Notes: a model not told the origin generated them from the sequence alone. A stretch of 31,330 nucleotides of DNA from Ilumatobacteraceae bacterium (GCA_043748395.1 JAYTNH010000120.1:1-31330), one strand, 5' to 3'. Shown: positions 16,108-25,635, counted from the stretch's first letter. Numbers and translations: made by a program.

Positions 16108-16889
16108 GACGCCGCAACGTGGTCGTGCAGCAGGCGCGCCACATCGGTGGCAAGCTCCTGAATGACCAGGTGCCCAGCCGGCAGAACCGCCAGGCGGGCC
16201 CCCCGGATAGCACTGACCAACGCGTGACTGTGACGAATGTCGACCCACCGATCTTGTTCGCCACCGATCACCAACGTTGGCGCCACGATGGCCGAGAGCA
16301 ACGCCGTGAGGTCGACGACCGCATCGAGATCGAGATGGGCAGCCGAGCCCGGCGCAATCGAGCTGCCGCCCATCGCGATGACCCCATCGAGCATCGGTTC
16401 GAGGCCGGCGATGGCATCGGCTGTGAATCCGTCGGCCACCGCATAGCGCATGAACAACTCGGGACTGACGTCTATGAGGCGCTTCCACAGATCGAACGTC
16501 AACCGCATGCGGGCGTCGGTGACCGCCCATCCACAGAGCAGTGTGGCGCTGGCCACCCGTTCGGCGTGCAACGCGGCAACACCGGCCGCCACGACCGCGC
16601 CGAGTGAGTAACCGGCGACGTGATACCGGTCGTGACCAAGATGGCGCATCACCGCATCGGCCTGATCGGCCAAGCCCTGCACTGTGAGCGGGGCCACCGG
16701 CATGGACGACTCGCCCGAGCCGGGGAAGTCGACCATCACGTACTGCAAGTGGGCAGCCGCTGGCATCGCTGCGCGAACCATGTCCCATGCAGTGCGGTTC
16801 ATGGTGGTGCCGTGCAACAGCAGAACGGGAGCGCCGGCGCCCTCGACTGCGTAACCGATGACCTGATCTTCGAAGGTGAAGCTGCTCAT
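16104..16889 (-). CDS. Alpha/beta hydrolase
   Basis: LLLHG, DFPGSG, nucleophile elbow GYSLG, GGEQD, AGH. Confidence 0.9.
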   Translation of the reverse strand: MSSFTFEDQVIGYAVEGAGAPVLLLHGTTMNRTAWDMVRAAMPAAAHLQYVMVDFPGSGESSMPVAPLTVQGLADQADAVMRHLGHDRYHVAGYSLGAVVAAGVAALHAERVASATLLCGWAVTDARMRLTFDLWKRLIDVSPELFMRYAVADGFTADAIAGLEPMLDGVIAMGGSSIAPGSAAHLDLDAVVDLTALLSAIVAPTLVIGGEQDRWVDIRHSHALVSAIRGARLAVLPAGHLVIQELATDVARLLHDHVAAS

Positions 16890-16896
16890 CTGCGCG

Positions 16897-16902
16897 AACG
16901 TA
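16897..16902 (-). promoter_or_regulatory. -10 box TACGTT, leaderless hydrolase promoter
   Basis: 7 nt before ATG 16889. Confidence 0.6.
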
Positions 16903-16935
16903 CTCGGGGTTTGGTCCGCTTCGCACTCCGCGTCG

Positions 16936-17550
16936 TTAAGGAACCAAGGCGGTGCGAAAGAACCCGATCACGTACTCACGGCGACGGCGTAGCGCATCGG
17001 CTCCTAACGGGTCTTCGTCGACGAGACCTCCCAGGAACGGTGCGTCGGAGAAGTAGCTCAGCAACGCCCCATAGCCGGTGAGGAGCAACTGCTCTGGATC
17101 GTTACGACGGAACACCCCTGCATCCATCTCACGCCCGAAGTAGGCGATTGCTCGATCCCAGAGCGGCCGCAGAACCCCGGCAAGGTCGATACCGAGGTGG
17201 GCGCCGCCATCGAGCGCTTCACGACGGAGCAAGCGAACGAAGTCGGGGTAGTCGGCGAAGAAGTCGAAACCGGCGCCGATGACGGTTTCGGCCTTGGCCC
17301 ACCCGGTCTGCACTTCGGCCATGGCGGCTGCGACGCGAACGAACCATTCACTCAGCGCCCGCTCGAACACTTCGTGGTACAGCGCATCCTTCGACGCGAA
17401 GTGGTGCAACAAGCTTGGGCGGCGGATGCCGACACCGGCGGCGATGTCGTTCAGCGAGGTGCCGTCGTATCCGGCGTCGCCGAAACATCGAAGCGCCTCG
17501 ACCAGGATGAGGTCGCGCGTCGAGAGCGCCTCCGACCCATGTTCGACCAT
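16936..17550 (-). CDS. TetR/AcrR family transcriptional regulator
   Basis: [32 protein letters not shown] helix-turn-helix. Confidence 0.93.
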   Translation of the reverse strand: MVEHGSEALSTRDLILVEALRCFGDAGYDGTSLNDIAAGVGIRRPSLLHHFASKDALYHEVFERALSEWFVRVAAAMAEVQTGWAKAETVIGAGFDFFADYPDFVRLLRREALDGGAHLGIDLAGVLRPLWDRAIAYFGREMDAGVFRRNDPEQLLLTGYGALLSYFSDAPFLGGLVDEDPLGADALRRRREYVIGFFRTALVP

Positions 17551-17556
17551 CGTCGC

Positions 17557-17562
17557 AGCCTA
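17557..17562 (-). promoter_or_regulatory. -10 box TAGGCT, leaderless tetR promoter
   Basis: 6 nt before ATG 17550. Confidence 0.6.
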
Positions 17563-17624
17563 TCCACGCGCCCCACCCGACTCCGGCCGTACCGGGTGCG
17601 GCCATGACCTGGCATTCTGTAACG

Positions 17625-18719
17625 GTGACATCGATCTACGCGTCGCGAGTGCTCGCCCACAACGGCTGGCGCGGACCGAGTCTGGTGAGTATCCGCAACG
17701 GCGTGATCAGTGCCATCGAGCCGACCAACCGGGCAGTGCCCGATCGGGTGCTGGCACCGGGTTTCGTCGACCTGCAGGTCAACGGCATCGACGACGTCGA
17801 TGTGAGCACTGCTCGCGGACCTGATTGGACTCGGCTCGACACGCTGCTACTTGCTCAGGGCGTCACGACGTGGTGCCCGACCCTGGTCACCATGGCACTC
17901 GATCGGTACGCAGCGCCACTCAGCCGCATCGCCGGTGCGATGGTTCGAACCTCGCCGTCGCGCCCGACCATCGTCGGCGCGCATCTCGAGGGCCCATTCT
18001 TGGGTGGAGCACCCGGCGCCCATCCGGTCGACCTCATCATTGGCCTCGATCTCGACTGGTTGCAGCGCCTCCCCACCCATGTCGCCGTTGTCACTCTGGG
18101 TGCCGAACAGCCACTCGCCTCCGTTGCCACACGAGCTCTGGTCGATCGCGGCGTGCTCGTGTCGGTCGGCCACTCCCGTGCCACCGAATCTCAGTTCGCC
18201 GCTGTGATCACGGCGGGAGCGCGGCTGACGACCCACCTGTTCAACGGCATGAGCGGAACCCACCACCGCGACCCTGGGGTCGCAACCTGGGCGCTCACCG
18301 ACCGCCGAGTTGCGGCATCGATCATCGCCGACGGTGTACACGTTCACCCACGCACCATCGCCCTCGCCTTCGACGCGCTCGGCGCAGACCGCGCCGTGCT
18401 GGTCACCGATGCTGTTGCGTGGCGCGCCGGACGAGCCGGCCAGATCGGCCTGGCGATGACCGACGGGGCGCCACGGCTCGGCGATGGAACGCTGGCCGGT
18501 AGTGCCGTAGCAATGGATACCGCCGTGCGCATCTGTGTCGGGGCCGGCGTCGATCTGGCCGCTGCCCTCACTGCGGCGAGCACCAATCCAGCTGGGCTAC
18601 TGGGCCTGAGCGACCGCGGTTGCATCGCAGTGGGCCGCCGCGCCGACGTGGTTGCGCTCACCACCCAGCTCGAGGTCGAGCAGGTGTGGGTTGCGGGCGA
18701 CGCGGTGTTGCCCGACTAG
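17625..18719 (+). CDS. nagA: N-acetylglucosamine-6-phosphate deacetylase
   Basis: PGFVDLQVNG, HLEGPF, VGHS, THLFNGM, DGVHVHP, VTDA, LAGS. Start either ATG 17604 or in-frame GTG 17625, which has CATTCT 6 nt upstream. Confidence 0.92.
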   Translation: MTSIYASRVLAHNGWRGPSLVSIRNGVISAIEPTNRAVPDRVLAPGFVDLQVNGIDDVDVSTARGPDWTRLDTLLLAQGVTTWCPTLVTMALDRYAAPLSRIAGAMVRTSPSRPTIVGAHLEGPFLGGAPGAHPVDLIIGLDLDWLQRLPTHVAVVTLGAEQPLASVATRALVDRGVLVSVGHSRATESQFAAVITAGARLTTHLFNGMSGTHHRDPGVATWALTDRRVAASIIADGVHVHPRTIALAFDALGADRAVLVTDAVAWRAGRAGQIGLAMTDGAPRLGDGTLAGSAVAMDTAVRICVGAGVDLAAALTAASTNPAGLLGLSDRGCIAVGRRADVVALTTQLEVEQVWVAGDAVLPD

Positions 18720-18754
18720 CACTCCCCGCCCCTGGGCATGCTCGACCGCGCCGG

Positions 18755-18760
18755 TAGCCT
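18755..18760 (+). promoter_or_regulatory. -10 box TAGCCT, leaderless promoter of hypothetical gene
   Basis: 7 nt before ATG 18768. Confidence 0.6.
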
Positions 18761-18767
18761 CCCGCTC

Positions 18768-19166
18768 ATGCACATCGTGTCCGCCCTGTTCGTCGAAAAC
18801 TTCGAAATGCGTCAGGCGCCCGGTCCGTCGACACGCATCGACCTCACCGGCGCGATGTTCTCGATGGCGGCCCCCTCGTCCGTTCCCGTCACCATCGCCC
18901 CGCACCTCGTCGCGCTCATCTATTGCCCGGCCGACGAGAATGGGTCGGGAGTGTTCGAGGTCGTGTTCCGCAAGGGTGAAGGCGCCGACGACGAGCAGGT
19001 GGCGCGCAATGTGAGCCCGTTCACCGTCGATCCGGGAAAGTTCACCTACCGGCTGGTTCGGGGCGAGCTCGAGTTCGACGAATACGGCCAGATCTTCGCC
19101 CATTGCCGCGTCGGGCAAGGGCCCTGGCACCTCGTTCCGTTCACGCTGTTGCCCCCAACTGCCTGA
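18768..19166 (+). CDS. Hypothetical beta-rich protein (DUF6941-like)
   Basis: 132 aa, alternating beta-strand patterns, own leaderless -10; family call tentative. Confidence 0.7.
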   Translation: MHIVSALFVENFEMRQAPGPSTRIDLTGAMFSMAAPSSVPVTIAPHLVALIYCPADENGSGVFEVVFRKGEGADDEQVARNVSPFTVDPGKFTYRLVRGELEFDEYGQIFAHCRVGQGPWHLVPFTLLPPTA

Positions 19167-19193
19167 CGCACTCGCGCCCGGCTGCCACGCGGG

Positions 19194-19199
19194 TACAGT
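19194..19199 (+). promoter_or_regulatory. -10 box TACAGT, leaderless tkt promoter
   Basis: 7 nt before GTG 19207. Confidence 0.65.
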
Positions 19200-19206
19200 C
19201 GGCTGC

Positions 19207-21171
19207 GTGACCTTCGAGCTCAGCTCCACCCACGATCAGCAGGCAATCTCACTCATCCGCGGGTTTGCGATGGATGCTCCGCTGTATGCCAAAAGTGGCC
19301 ACCAGGGCACCGCCATGGCGCTGGCCCCGCTCGCCCACGTTCTGTACAGCCGGGTGATGCAGCACGACCCCACCGATCCCCATTGGCCCGACCGCGACCG
19401 GTTCATCCTGTCCAACGGCCACGCCTCGATCCTGCAGTACTCGCTGTTGTTCCTCTGCGGGTACGGCCTCGAACTCGATGACATCAAGGCCTTCCGCCAA
19501 TGGGAGTCGCTCACCCCCGGCCACCCCGAAGTCGGCCACACCACTGGGGTCGAGGTCACCACCGGCCCCCTCGGCCAAGGCTTCGCGAATGCCGTCGGCA
19601 TGGCTCTCGCCGAGCGCCGTTTGGGCGCGGCGTACGGCACCGACGTGATGCATCACACTACGTTCGTGCTTGCCGGCGACGGATGTTTCATGGAGGGCGT
19701 CAGCCACGAGGCCGCTTCGCTCGCCGGCCATTTAGGCCTGGGCAGTCTGGTGTGCGTCTACGACGACAACCACATCACCATCGACGGCGATACGGCTCTT
19801 GCCTACAGCGACAACGTGCCCGAACGCTTCGCGGCGTATGGGTGGCACGTCGAGCAATTGGGTGAGATCGCCGACGACCTCGATGCGCTCGAAGCCGCCC
19901 TGCGCCGCGCAGTCGCGGTCACCGACCGGCCCAGCCTGCTCGTGCTGCGCTCGCACATCGCGACACCCAGCCCCGACCTCACCGACCACCACGAGGCGCA
20001 CGGCAATCCGTTCACCGCCGAACAGGTGGCACGCACCAAGGCAGTGATGGGCATCCCTGACGAGCCCTACTGGGCACCCGACGAGCTCGTCCACGCCTAC
20101 CGCTCACATTGCAGTGAGCGGGGTCGCGCAGCACGCAACCAGTGGACCGAACGGTTCGAGTCGGCCGCGATCGATCGGCGGGCTTGGGATGCGGCTTGGG
20201 CAGGCACCGGCGTCGAAGGCTGGAAGGCCGACCTCCCCACATTCGCACTCGGCGAAAAGATCGCCACCCGCGTCGCCATCGAGAAGGCCTTCAATGCGTC
20301 GCTCGACTCTGTACCCGGCTTGGTAGCAGGTGCCGCCGACCTCACCGGTAACACCGGCACCAAGTTGGCCGGCCAGCTGCCACAATCGGCTGCGCAGCGC
20401 GATGGCCGCCAGGTGTACTTCGGAGTTCGCGAGCACGCGATGGGCTCGATCATGGTGGGTATGGCCCTGCACGGGGGTGTGCTGCCTGCTGGCGGAACGT
20501 TCTTCGTCTTCCTCGACTACATGCGGCCGCCGGTGCGTTTGGCCACGATCAGTCACGCCAAGGTGGTGTTCGTGTTCACCCACGACTCGGTCGGTGTCGG
20601 AGAAGACGGCCCGACCCACCAGCCCGTCGAGCACTTGGCAACCTTGCGTGCCATCCCCGGCCTGCAGGTCATCCGGCCAGCCGATGCCAACGAAACGGTG
20701 GCCGCGTGGGTGGCTGCGGTCGAACACGATGGCCCGACTGCGCTGGTCCTCAGCCGCCAGGCCATCACGGTGTGCACCGACGGTTCTGCGGTGGCCACGG
20801 GGGCCGCTGTCGTCCGCTCCACCGCATCGCCCCGAATCATCCTCGTGGGCACCGGCAGCGAGGTCGAGGTATGTGTGGCCGCTGCCGACCTGTTGGCCCA
20901 ATCGGGCGTGGCCGCCAATGTGGTGAGCCTTCCCTCGTGGGACCGCTTCGCAGCGCAGTCCGCAACCTTTCGGTCCTCGGTCTTCCCTGATGACGTGCCC
21001 GTGTTGTCGGTCGAGGCCGGCGTCACGTTCGGTTGGGAACGCTACGCCGATGCATCGGTGGGCATCGATCGATTTGGTGCCAGCGCGCCCGGTGCGCTGG
21101 TGCTCGAACGCCTCGGCATCAGCCCAGCAAATGTCGCTGCACGTGCAGTCGAACTCGTCGAGAAGGGATGA
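19207..21171 (+). CDS. tkt: Transketolase
   Basis: SGH, DRFILSNGHAS, TPGHPE, TTGPLGQG, ThDP motif GDG..MEGVSHE...DDN, FGVREHAM, GEDGPTHQP. Confidence 0.97.
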   Translation: MTFELSSTHDQQAISLIRGFAMDAPLYAKSGHQGTAMALAPLAHVLYSRVMQHDPTDPHWPDRDRFILSNGHASILQYSLLFLCGYGLELDDIKAFRQWESLTPGHPEVGHTTGVEVTTGPLGQGFANAVGMALAERRLGAAYGTDVMHHTTFVLAGDGCFMEGVSHEAASLAGHLGLGSLVCVYDDNHITIDGDTALAYSDNVPERFAAYGWHVEQLGEIADDLDALEAALRRAVAVTDRPSLLVLRSHIATPSPDLTDHHEAHGNPFTAEQVARTKAVMGIPDEPYWAPDELVHAYRSHCSERGRAARNQWTERFESAAIDRRAWDAAWAGTGVEGWKADLPTFALGEKIATRVAIEKAFNASLDSVPGLVAGAADLTGNTGTKLAGQLPQSAAQRDGRQVYFGVREHAMGSIMVGMALHGGVLPAGGTFFVFLDYMRPPVRLATISHAKVVFVFTHDSVGVGEDGPTHQPVEHLATLRAIPGLQVIRPADANETVAAWVAAVEHDGPTALVLSRQAITVCTDGSAVATGAAVVRSTASPRIILVGTGSEVEVCVAAADLLAQSGVAANVVSLPSWDRFAAQSATFRSSVFPDDVPVLSVEAGVTFGWERYADASVGIDRFGASAPGALVLERLGISPANVAARAVELVEKG

Positions 21172-22280
21172 ACATGGATCGCCTCAAGCACCTCTACCAC
21201 GAACAGGGTCAGAGCCCTTGGCTCGACAACCTCAAGCGCAGCTACCTCACGTCGGGCAAGCTCGATGACCTGATCGAGCGCGGCATTCGTGGTCTCACCA
21301 GCAACCCCACCATCTTCCAGAAAGCCATCCAGGGCTCGCCCGATTACGACGAACAGTTCAGCAGCCTGGTCAAGCAGAACAACCCGATCATCGACGATTA
21401 CTGGTCGATGGTGCTCGCCGACATCCACGGAGCCCTCCAGGCATTCGACGAGACCTACCACGAGAGCTTCGGTGGCGACGGATACGTCAGCGTCGAGGTC
21501 GATCCCGGTCTCGCCCACGACGGACCCGGAACCACCACCGCGGCGCGCGAGCTACACGAACGCATCGACCGCCCGAACATCATGGTCAAGATCCCGGGCA
21601 CCGAGGAGGGCTTGCCAGCCATCCGACAGATGATCGCCGAGGGTCGCAACATCAACGTCACGTTGATCTTTAGTCTCGATCGCTACCAGCAGGTCATGGA
21701 TGCCTACATCGACGGACTCGAGTTGTACACCCAACACATCGACGCCGACCTGTCACGGGTGGCCAGCGTGGCCAGCTTCTTCATCAGCCGCGTCGACACC
21801 GAGATCGATGCCCGGCTCAATGCCATCGGCTCGCCCGACGCTCTCGCCCTGCGAGGCAAGGGTGCCGTCGCCCAAGGCAAGCTTGCCTACCAGGCATTCT
21901 TGCGCACGTTCAGCGGGCCACGCTGGCAGGCGCTGGCCGATCTCGGGGCGGTTCCCCAACGGCCCTTGTGGGCCAGCACATCCACCAAGAACCCCGACTA
22001 TCCCGACACCTTGTACGTCGACGAACTCATCGGGCCGCACACGGTGAACACACTTCCCGATGCCACCATCGAGGCCTTTGCCGATCACGGCCACCTTGCA
22101 CGGCGCATCGACGTCGACGTCGATCAGGCAGAGGAGGCATGGACCGGCCTCACCACAGTGGGCGTCGACCTCGACGATGTCGCCACGAAACTCGAACGCG
22201 ACGGCGTCAGCAGCTTTCAGGCCAGCTTCGACGAATTGCTCGCGGCGCTCGAGGCGAAAGCCGCCGAGCTTCGGGGATGA
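21168..22280 (+). CDS. tal: Transaldolase
   Basis: QSPWLDNL, GLTSNPTIF, VSVEVDP, MVKIPGT, NVTLIFS, SFFISRVD, LWASTSTKNP. Start ATG 21168 (ATGA overlap) or 21174. Confidence 0.97.
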   Translation: MNMDRLKHLYHEQGQSPWLDNLKRSYLTSGKLDDLIERGIRGLTSNPTIFQKAIQGSPDYDEQFSSLVKQNNPIIDDYWSMVLADIHGALQAFDETYHESFGGDGYVSVEVDPGLAHDGPGTTTAARELHERIDRPNIMVKIPGTEEGLPAIRQMIAEGRNINVTLIFSLDRYQQVMDAYIDGLELYTQHIDADLSRVASVASFFISRVDTEIDARLNAIGSPDALALRGKGAVAQGKLAYQAFLRTFSGPRWQALADLGAVPQRPLWASTSTKNPDYPDTLYVDELIGPHTVNTLPDATIEAFADHGHLARRIDVDVDQAEEAWTGLTTVGVDLDDVATKLERDGVSSFQASFDELLAALEAKAAELRG

Positions 22281-22338
22281 TCGCCAACCACCTCTGAGTC
22301 ATGACGTAGAACGGACAAGTTGTTTCGATGGCGTGTCG

Positions 22339-22344
22339 TAGAGT
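22339..22344 (+). promoter_or_regulatory. -10 box TAGAGT, leaderless LOG promoter
   Basis: 6 nt before GTG 22351. Confidence 0.65.
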
Positions 22345-22350
22345 GCCCTC

Positions 22351-23421
22351 GTGACGGCAGCCGAAGGCGAATCCGCGGCCTGCGCTCCAACGCCCTCCGA
22401 TCCAATCGCCGCTGCACTGGTGGCGCTCTTGGCCGCACTGGCACCGCAGCACGACGCCCGACTCGCTGAACAACTCATCGAGTCGGCCGCGAGTCTCATC
22501 AGCGACCAACCAGCCACGCTCGATCTGAAGATCGCATCCGCCGCCCTCGAGGAGATGCGTCAGGCATTTCTCGTGTTCGCTCCGTGGCGCGATCAGCCAA
22601 AGGTCACCATCTTCGGCTCGGCGCGCACCCAGCCGAATGACCCGCTCTACGCGCAAGCGCGCGACGTGGCAGCACGACTCGCAGCCGAGGGATGGATGGT
22701 GGTCACGGGTGCCGGACCCGGCATCATGCGCGCTGGCATGGAAGGCGCCGGACGCGATCACTCGATCGGAGTATCAATCCGCCTGCCGTTCGAGCAAGGC
22801 GCGAACCCGATCATCGCCGGCGACGAGAAGTACGTGAGCATGAAGTACTTCTTCACACGCAAGCTCATGCTCATCAAAGAGAGCCGCGGCTTCGTATGCC
22901 TCCCTGGAGGGTTCGGAACACTCGACGAAACGTTCGAGTTGCTCACGCTCACGCAAACCGGCAAAGGGCTGCCGGTGCCGATCGTGTTCCTCGACACCCC
23001 GGGCGACCCCTATTGGGAACGGGTGCACGAGTTCGTGCTCGACCAATTGGTCAAGCGCGGACTGGTCGCACAGCCCGACACCAACCTCTACTTCATCACC
23101 GACGACTGCGACGCCGCCGTCGACGAAGTGCTGCGCTTCTACCGCAACTACGACTCACTGCGATATGTCGGCGAACAACTCGTCCTCAGAGTGAAGCAGG
23201 CTCCGTCTCCTGATCAGTTGACCCAACTCAACGATCGGTTCGGACACCTGTGTTCGTCGGGAAGCATCACAGTCGTCGAACCGTTCGGGGTGGAGCGTCG
23301 AGAAGACGATCGGCTCACGATGCAGCGAGTGTCGTTCGCGTTCGCCAAGCACGGGTACGGTGATCTCAGGGCGTTGATTAACATGCTCAACGCGTTCGCT
23401 ACCGAGTCGCTGGAGGACTGA
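22351..23421 (+). CDS. LOG-family (TIGR00730-type) nucleotide phosphoribohydrolase, long form
   Basis: VTIFGSART, VTGAGPGIM, KYFFTRK, PGGFGTLDE, with N- and C-terminal extensions. Confidence 0.9.
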   Translation: MTAAEGESAACAPTPSDPIAAALVALLAALAPQHDARLAEQLIESAASLISDQPATLDLKIASAALEEMRQAFLVFAPWRDQPKVTIFGSARTQPNDPLYAQARDVAARLAAEGWMVVTGAGPGIMRAGMEGAGRDHSIGVSIRLPFEQGANPIIAGDEKYVSMKYFFTRKLMLIKESRGFVCLPGGFGTLDETFELLTLTQTGKGLPVPIVFLDTPGDPYWERVHEFVLDQLVKRGLVAQPDTNLYFITDDCDAAVDEVLRFYRNYDSLRYVGEQLVLRVKQAPSPDQLTQLNDRFGHLCSSGSITVVEPFGVERREDDRLTMQRVSFAFAKHGYGDLRALINMLNAFATESLED

Positions 23422-23422
23422 C

Positions 23423-24262
23423 GTGCATATCGACCAACTGTGGCGCTACCCCGTGAAGTCGATGATCGGCCAGACAGCCGACTCGGTCGACCTCACCCCG
23501 ACCGGCGTGGTGGGCGATCGAACCTGGGCCGTGCGCGACGAGGTGCGCGGCGGTATTCGGGGCGCGAAGAAGATCGGCCAACTCATGCAGTTCACGGCTC
23601 GGTACTCGAGTCGGCTCGGCGGCGACGTCGAGATCACGTCTCCCGACGGTTCAACGATCACCAGCAGCGACCCCGACGCGAACGCGCGACTATCAGAGGC
23701 ACTCGACCACCACGTCACCCTGTGGCCGTTGCAGCCCCCTACTGACCTCGACCACTACCGGCGCGGCGCCCCCGACACCGATGACTTCATGGCCGAGCTG
23801 AACGGAATCTTCGGGCGCGAAGACGGCGAGCCGCTGCCCGATCTCAGTGTCTTTCCACCCGAGATCATGGAGTTCGAGTCGCCGCCAGGCACCTATCTCG
23901 ATGCCTTCCCGCTCATGCTCATGACAACATCTGCTCTACGGTCGCTGCAGCTCGCCTTGCCCGAATCGACCATCGACACACGCCGGTTCCGCCCCAGCCT
24001 GGTCGTCGACACCGGCGATCTGCCTGGTCACCCAGAGTTCGACTGGGTGGGCCGATCGGTCTCCGTCGGTGACGTCGAGCTCGAGATCATCACAGGGTGC
24101 CCACGCTGCGTCATGGTGACCCGCGAGATCGCCAACGACGTACCCGTCGATCGCAGCCTGCTGCGTCACATCGTGAAAGATCTCGGGCAAAACGTCGGCG
24201 TCTACGCCCGCGCGAGATCGGCCGGAAGCATCTCGGTCGGCGACGGTGTCGTTGTGAGCTGA
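23423..24262 (+). CDS. MOSC-domain molybdoenzyme (mARC/YcbX-like)
   Basis: LWRYPVKS, GDRTWA, DAFPL, RRFRPSLVV, CPRCVM; starts 1 nt after the LOG stop. Confidence 0.9.
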   Translation: MHIDQLWRYPVKSMIGQTADSVDLTPTGVVGDRTWAVRDEVRGGIRGAKKIGQLMQFTARYSSRLGGDVEITSPDGSTITSSDPDANARLSEALDHHVTLWPLQPPTDLDHYRRGAPDTDDFMAELNGIFGREDGEPLPDLSVFPPEIMEFESPPGTYLDAFPLMLMTTSALRSLQLALPESTIDTRRFRPSLVVDTGDLPGHPEFDWVGRSVSVGDVELEIITGCPRCVMVTREIANDVPVDRSLLRHIVKDLGQNVGVYARARSAGSISVGDGVVVS

Positions 24263-24286
24263 ACCACGTTTTCGGCGATTCGACTG

Positions 24287-24490
24287 CTAGTCCGAGTCGA
24301 ACGCATCGGGAGGTCGAAGGAGCCGGATCGCTTTTTCGACTGCGCGCCGAGCCTGCGTGAGACGCTTGTCGTCGACCGGCCGATCGGCACGTTCGGCCGC
24401 CGCCTCGCGGAGCTGATCGAACGCGATCTGGTCGAGTTCTTCGACGATCGCCTCGAGCCGGTGGGCGAGGTGGTCGTACGCGCCGCTCAT
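24287..24490 (-). CDS. Small helical hypothetical protein (67 aa)
   Basis: MSGAYDHLAHRLEAIVEELDQIAFDQLREA...KRLTQARRAVEKAIRLL; ATGA overlap with the glcF stop. Confidence 0.7.
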   Translation of the reverse strand: MSGAYDHLAHRLEAIVEELDQIAFDQLREAAAERADRPVDDKRLTQARRAVEKAIRLLRPPDAFDSD

Positions 24491-25626
24491 CGCAACGCTT
24501 CGGCGAGCAAATCGATGGGATGTCGGGTGGCGGCACCGGCAACCGCGAGATGCATCGCACATCCGGGGTTAGCGCTGGCCACCACTCCCCCGCCTGCTCG
24601 CTCGATGGCGGCAAGTTTACGGGCACGAATGTCGCCGGCCAGTTCGGGTTGCAGCGCCGAGTAGGCACCCCCAGCGCCGCAGCAGAGCCCGTCGTCATCA
24701 AGTTCCACCACATCTCCGATGGTAGCCATGAGGGTTCGGACCGATGCGTGCGTTCGCTGGACGTGACGGAGATGGCATGGGTCTTGCACGATGATGGGCC
24801 CGGTTCGATGAACGGCAGGAAGCCGATCGAGGTGCGCTGCCACGAACTCGTTCACGTCGACGACGCGTGCGCTGAACGCGTGAGCCTCGGCAGAGCCGAG
24901 CAGGTGGCCGTACTCCTTCATTGCTGCGCCGCAACCGGCCGAGTTCACCACGATTGCTGCATCACCCGGCATCGATCGCAGAACGCGCGTCGCCAGCGCT
25001 CGCGAGGCATCGGTAAGTCCGGCGTGCGTGTGTAGCGCTCCGCAGCATGCTGCGCCTCTGTTCGGGACTTGCCAGCTGAAACCCATCGAGTGCAGCACCT
25101 TCGTGGTGTTGTGGTGGGTGTCGCGCATCCATGCGTCCATCACACAGCCCGTGAACAACCACACGTCGGTGCCGGTGCTCACCACGCTCGCTCGACGACG
25201 CAGCGCGAGTCGGGGAAGCCCGAAGCGCTTGGGGATGAGCCGTGCACGCTGCGCCAGCGCAAGAAGTGTCGAACCCGCAAGGAGAAGCCGATGATGCCCG
25301 AGCACCCCGAACCCGAGCCGCTGCCAGCGCGGCGTGATGCGATGGCTGCGGGCAAGCGCGGTGCGAGTGCCTTCCATCAAGTGTCCGAACGGCACCCCCG
25401 ACGGACACGCTGGCTCGCATCCGCGACATTGCACGCAGGTCTCGATGAAGTGCACGAACTCGTCATCGGCCTCGGTGCCATCAATGTGCACCGAACGCAT
25501 GGCGGCGATGCGACCACGGGGCGACAGCGCTTCCTCACCCGTCACCCGAAACGTCGGGCAGTGCGGCAGGCACAACCCACACGCCACACACGATGCGAGT
25601 TCGTCGTCGTCTAGGTGCAGGTCCAC
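24487..25626 (-). CDS. glcF: Glycolate oxidase-type Fe-S subunit GlcF
   Basis: Two 4Fe-4S motifs (CVACGLCLPHCP, CVQCRGCEPACP) and CCG domains (ACCGA, AGCG, DPCH, LCCGAGG, NPGC). Confidence 0.88.
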   Translation of the reverse strand: MDLHLDDDELASCVACGLCLPHCPTFRVTGEEALSPRGRIAAMRSVHIDGTEADDEFVHFIETCVQCRGCEPACPSGVPFGHLMEGTRTALARSHRITPRWQRLGFGVLGHHRLLLAGSTLLALAQRARLIPKRFGLPRLALRRRASVVSTGTDVWLFTGCVMDAWMRDTHHNTTKVLHSMGFSWQVPNRGAACCGALHTHAGLTDASRALATRVLRSMPGDAAIVVNSAGCGAAMKEYGHLLGSAEAHAFSARVVDVNEFVAAHLDRLPAVHRTGPIIVQDPCHLRHVQRTHASVRTLMATIGDVVELDDDGLCCGAGGAYSALQPELAGDIRARKLAAIERAGGGVVASANPGCAMHLAVAGAATRHPIDLLAEALR

Positions 25627-25635
25627 GGCCTTCTC

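Noticed and set aside
15646-16926. 426-aa ORF as a single fusion protein
   Set aside because: Only the last 153 codons look like PaaI; the rest overlaps the alpha/beta hydrolase in another frame. The GTGA overlap at 16104-16107 gives the real start.
17585-17603. Imperfect palindrome GGCCGTAC-CGG-GTGCGGCC in the tetR/nagA spacer as the TetR operator
   Set aside because: GC-rich with a mismatch; likely by chance at this base composition, and no second copy found.
22298-22305. GTCATGAC palindrome upstream of LOG
   Set aside because: Only 8 bp; too short to support an operator without other evidence.
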